DNA of 32,000 bases from Propionibacterium ruminifibrarum (GTDB lineage: Bacteria > Actinomycetota > Actinomycetes > Propionibacteriales > Propionibacteriaceae), in NCBI RefSeq assembly GCF_900289195.1, contig NZ_OMOH01000001.1:328706-360705 (forward strand), in the 5' to 3' direction. The notes under the pieces are model-generated. The model saw only the letters and a list, made by a program, of their open reading frames with translations. It ran no database searches and was not told the origin of the DNA. Below are positions 30,655 to 32,000 of the stretch, in pieces. Position numbers and translations under genes: made by a program. Numbering within the stretch: the stretch's first letter is position 1; each line of letters begins with the position of its first letter.

Positions 30655-30660
30655 TACAAT
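30655..30660 (+). promoter_or_regulatory. Candidate -10 box (TACAAT) for tRNA-Val
   Basis: TACAAT ends 11 nt before the mature tRNA 5' end. No convincing -35 is present. Confidence 0.3.
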
Positions 30661-30671
30661 CGCTTGGGCGA

Positions 30672-30745
30672 GGGCGCATAGCTCAGTTGGTCAGAGCGCA
30701 TCCCTTACAAGGATGATGTCGTCGGTTCGAGTCCGTCTGCGCCCA
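30672..30745 (+). tRNA. tRNA-Val (anticodon TAC)
   Basis: Hand-folded cloverleaf: acceptor GGGCGCA/TGCGCCC, D-arm GCTC-AGTTGGTCA-GAGC, anticodon arm CATCC-CTTACAA-GGATG, T-arm GTCGG-TTCGAGT-CCGTC (one U:U mismatch). CCA is not fully encoded. Confidence 0.9.
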
Positions 30746-30987
30746 CCGGCTTGTCGGGAGCACATCGGTGCTTGTCAGAGCCCAGTCGATAGTCTCTCCG
30801 CGGGGTAGCGGATCGGATCGGACCGGAGGGACGGGAGTTCCGGTCTGTACCCGGTACGGCCAGGGCCGGGGCGCCGCAACCGGTGCCGCGCGGAAAACAG
30901 GGTCACCCAGCTGGAGCGGCCCGGGAGGTTCTCGGCGGGTCCGCCCTTCGACGGCTCACGGCGCTTCGACGGGTGAGAACACGGCAA

Positions 30988-31017
30988 GTGGCCCCGTCGA
31001 TCACTCGACGGGGCCAC
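30988..31017 (-). terminator. Probable hsp20 terminator: 13-bp perfect stem GTGGCCCCGTCGA-GTGA-TCGACGGGGCCAC followed (minus strand) by TTGCCGTGTTCT
   Basis: Read directly, about 60 nt downstream of the hsp20 stop. A second 8-bp hairpin CCGGCGGG-N3-CCCGCCGG lies at 31037-31055. Confidence 0.5.
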
Positions 31018-31074
31018 CCATTCATCACCTCACACCGGCGGGATTCCCGCCGGGTGGTCCTTCACCCCTGCTGC

Positions 31075-31524
31075 TCAGGCCTGGTCGGAGCCCTCGACCT
31101 CAGCCGGTGCGTCCACGCCGCTGATGGCGATCTTGCGCGGCTTGGCCTCCTCGGCCACCGGGATCGTCAGCGTCAGCACGCCATCGGCGTAGTCGGCGTT
31201 GACATTGGACAGGTCGAGACCGCCGCCGAGAGTCAGCTGACGAGCGAAGCTGCCTGTCGTGCGCTCACGGCTCACCCAGCGGTTCTTCTCCCCGGACTCG
31301 ATCTCGACCGGCTTGCGCTCAGCGGTGACGGTCAGGGTGCGGTCGTCGATACCGACCTCGATGGTGCTCGGATCGACGCCGGGCAGATCCAGCTTCGCGA
31401 TGAAGTTGTCGCCCTCACGGTAGAGGTCCATCGGCATCAGTCGTGCGTCGCGCGCCACAGTCCTGGCGGCCTGCTCGAAGAAACGATCCAGCTCGTGGAA
31501 GGGGTTGTACAACATGGTGCTCAT
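31075..31524 (-). CDS. Hsp20/alpha-crystallin family small heat-shock protein
   Basis: Alpha-crystallin domain 'MPMDLYREGDNFIAKLDLPGVDP...GVLTLTIPV'. AAGGA lies 9 nt before the ATG. Confidence 0.93.
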   Translation of the reverse strand: MSTMLYNPFHELDRFFEQAARTVARDARLMPMDLYREGDNFIAKLDLPGVDPSTIEVGIDDRTLTVTAERKPVEIESGEKNRWVSRERTTGSFARQLTLGGGLDLSNVNADYADGVLTLTIPVAEEAKPRKIAISGVDAPAEVEGSDQA

Positions 31525-31610
31525 TGTGCGCCGTCCTTAGTGAGTCCTCACGGCCCGGGAGTCTCCCGGGCCGACACGTTTCGCGCGATCACCCGAATCA
31601 TCGCGTTCAC

Positions 31611-31666
31611 CTTGAGTAACCTTGACTCAACTTAGATTATTCCACCTTGAGTCGCATCCACTCAAC
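31611..31666 (-). promoter_or_regulatory. Two HAIR (HspR-associated inverted repeat) operators flanking a candidate hsp20 promoter
   Basis: CTTGAGT-N7-ACTCAAC at 31611-31631 and again at 31646-31666 (consensus CTTGAGT-N7-ACTCAAG). On the minus strand, TTGAGT (-35, inside the distal HAIR) is followed after 18-19 nt by AATAAT/ATAATC. Confidence 0.7.
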
Positions 31667-31705
31667 TTTTTTCCGGAGTCATTCTGTGACGCCCTGGGCA
31701 CAGCA

Positions 31706-31744
31706 GAGGGGCCCTCCAGGACCCGTGGCCTTGGAGGACCCCTC
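31706..31744 (-). terminator. Imperfect GC-rich stem-loop downstream of the DUF3052 gene
   Basis: GAGGGGCCCTCCAGG...CCTTGGAGGACCCCTC, about 14 bp with one mismatch or bulge. Lies 27 nt after the stop. No adjacent U-tract. Confidence 0.35.
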
Positions 31745-31770
31745 GACGTGCGTGGCGTGTATCCGGCGAC

Positions 31771-32000
31771 TCAGGAACGATGCGCGGTGTGGGAGTGGAC
31801 GATGCGACATGCCTGCCAGTCGGGTGAGACCTCGACGACACCTGTCGCGGTGAGTCCGGCGACCGAGGCGCCTTCCGAGATGTCGATGGGCTTGACGTAC
31901 CCGGGCCGGCCGATCTTGGGGGTGAGCAGCCAGATGTAACCCGTATCGGACAGGTCGCGCAACGCATCGACCAGGGCGTCGGCTACGTCGGTGTCGTCAC
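31771..32000 (-). CDS. DUF3052 domain-containing protein, C-terminal part (N-terminus beyond the window end)
   Basis: The frame is open to the window edge. '...DDTDVADALVDALRDLSDTGYIWLLTPKIGRPGYVKPIDISEGASVAGLTATGVVEVSPDWQACRIV' resembles the DUF3052 pattern ('DLVDAL...G.IW.LTPK.GR.G...P.DI.EAA..AGL'). Confidence 0.7.
   Translation of the reverse strand, partial: DDTDVADALVDALRDLSDTGYIWLLTPKIGRPGYVKPIDISEGASVAGLTATGVVEVSPDWQACRIVHSHTAHRS

Noticed and set aside
30768-31124. ORFs of 118 aa (+), 80 aa (-) and 250 aa (+, 30883-31635) in or over the tRNA-Val/hsp20 gap.
   Set aside because: Their composition is Arg/Pro/Gly-rich. They overlap hsp20 antisense or the hairpins and have no start context, so they are judged non-coding.

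Overview
This window is a visibly high-GC chromosomal segment with actinobacterial gene order. Judged by eye it looks Propionibacteriales-like, but no species call is possible. Almost all of it is densely packed housekeeping genes. On the minus strand these are secA, hpf, a comF-like gene and yqgE, and further along prfB-ftsE-ftsX-smpB and ssrA (tmRNA). The plus strand carries a BetP-like BCCT transporter, a polar amino-acid ABC transporter, an OpuC/Yeh-type osmoprotectant ABC transporter and tRNA-Val(TAC). An HspR/HAIR-controlled hsp20 lies near the right end.

Three regions are not ordinary:
- **8.2-11.6 kb:** the stretch abutting the 3' end of ssrA is a decayed mobile-element and toxin-antitoxin graveyard. 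It holds IS256 and IS3 transposase fragments, an RHH antitoxin with a start-less or frameshifted toxin, an intact phd/doc pair whose Doc motif is atypical, and a truncated yefM.
- **12.0-19.0 kb:** smpB and ssrA, which are adjacent in E. coli and (from memory) in M. tuberculosis, are separated by about 7 kb. This block holds two tandem DUF2207 membrane-protein paralogues, the first translationally coupled to smpB. These are followed by an NCS1 permease, a PfkB kinase and an Excalibur-domain secreted protein.
- **Unusual non-coding signals:** these include a duplicated ATAATTAT palindrome in an AT-rich promoter, phased AGGGA repeats around a perfect TATAAT, dual HAIR boxes, and a TCGACGG motif cluster downstream of tRNA-Val.

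I found no CRISPR array, no rRNA, and no clearly complete novel multi-gene defence system. All family calls rest on motif recognition by eye, without database searches.
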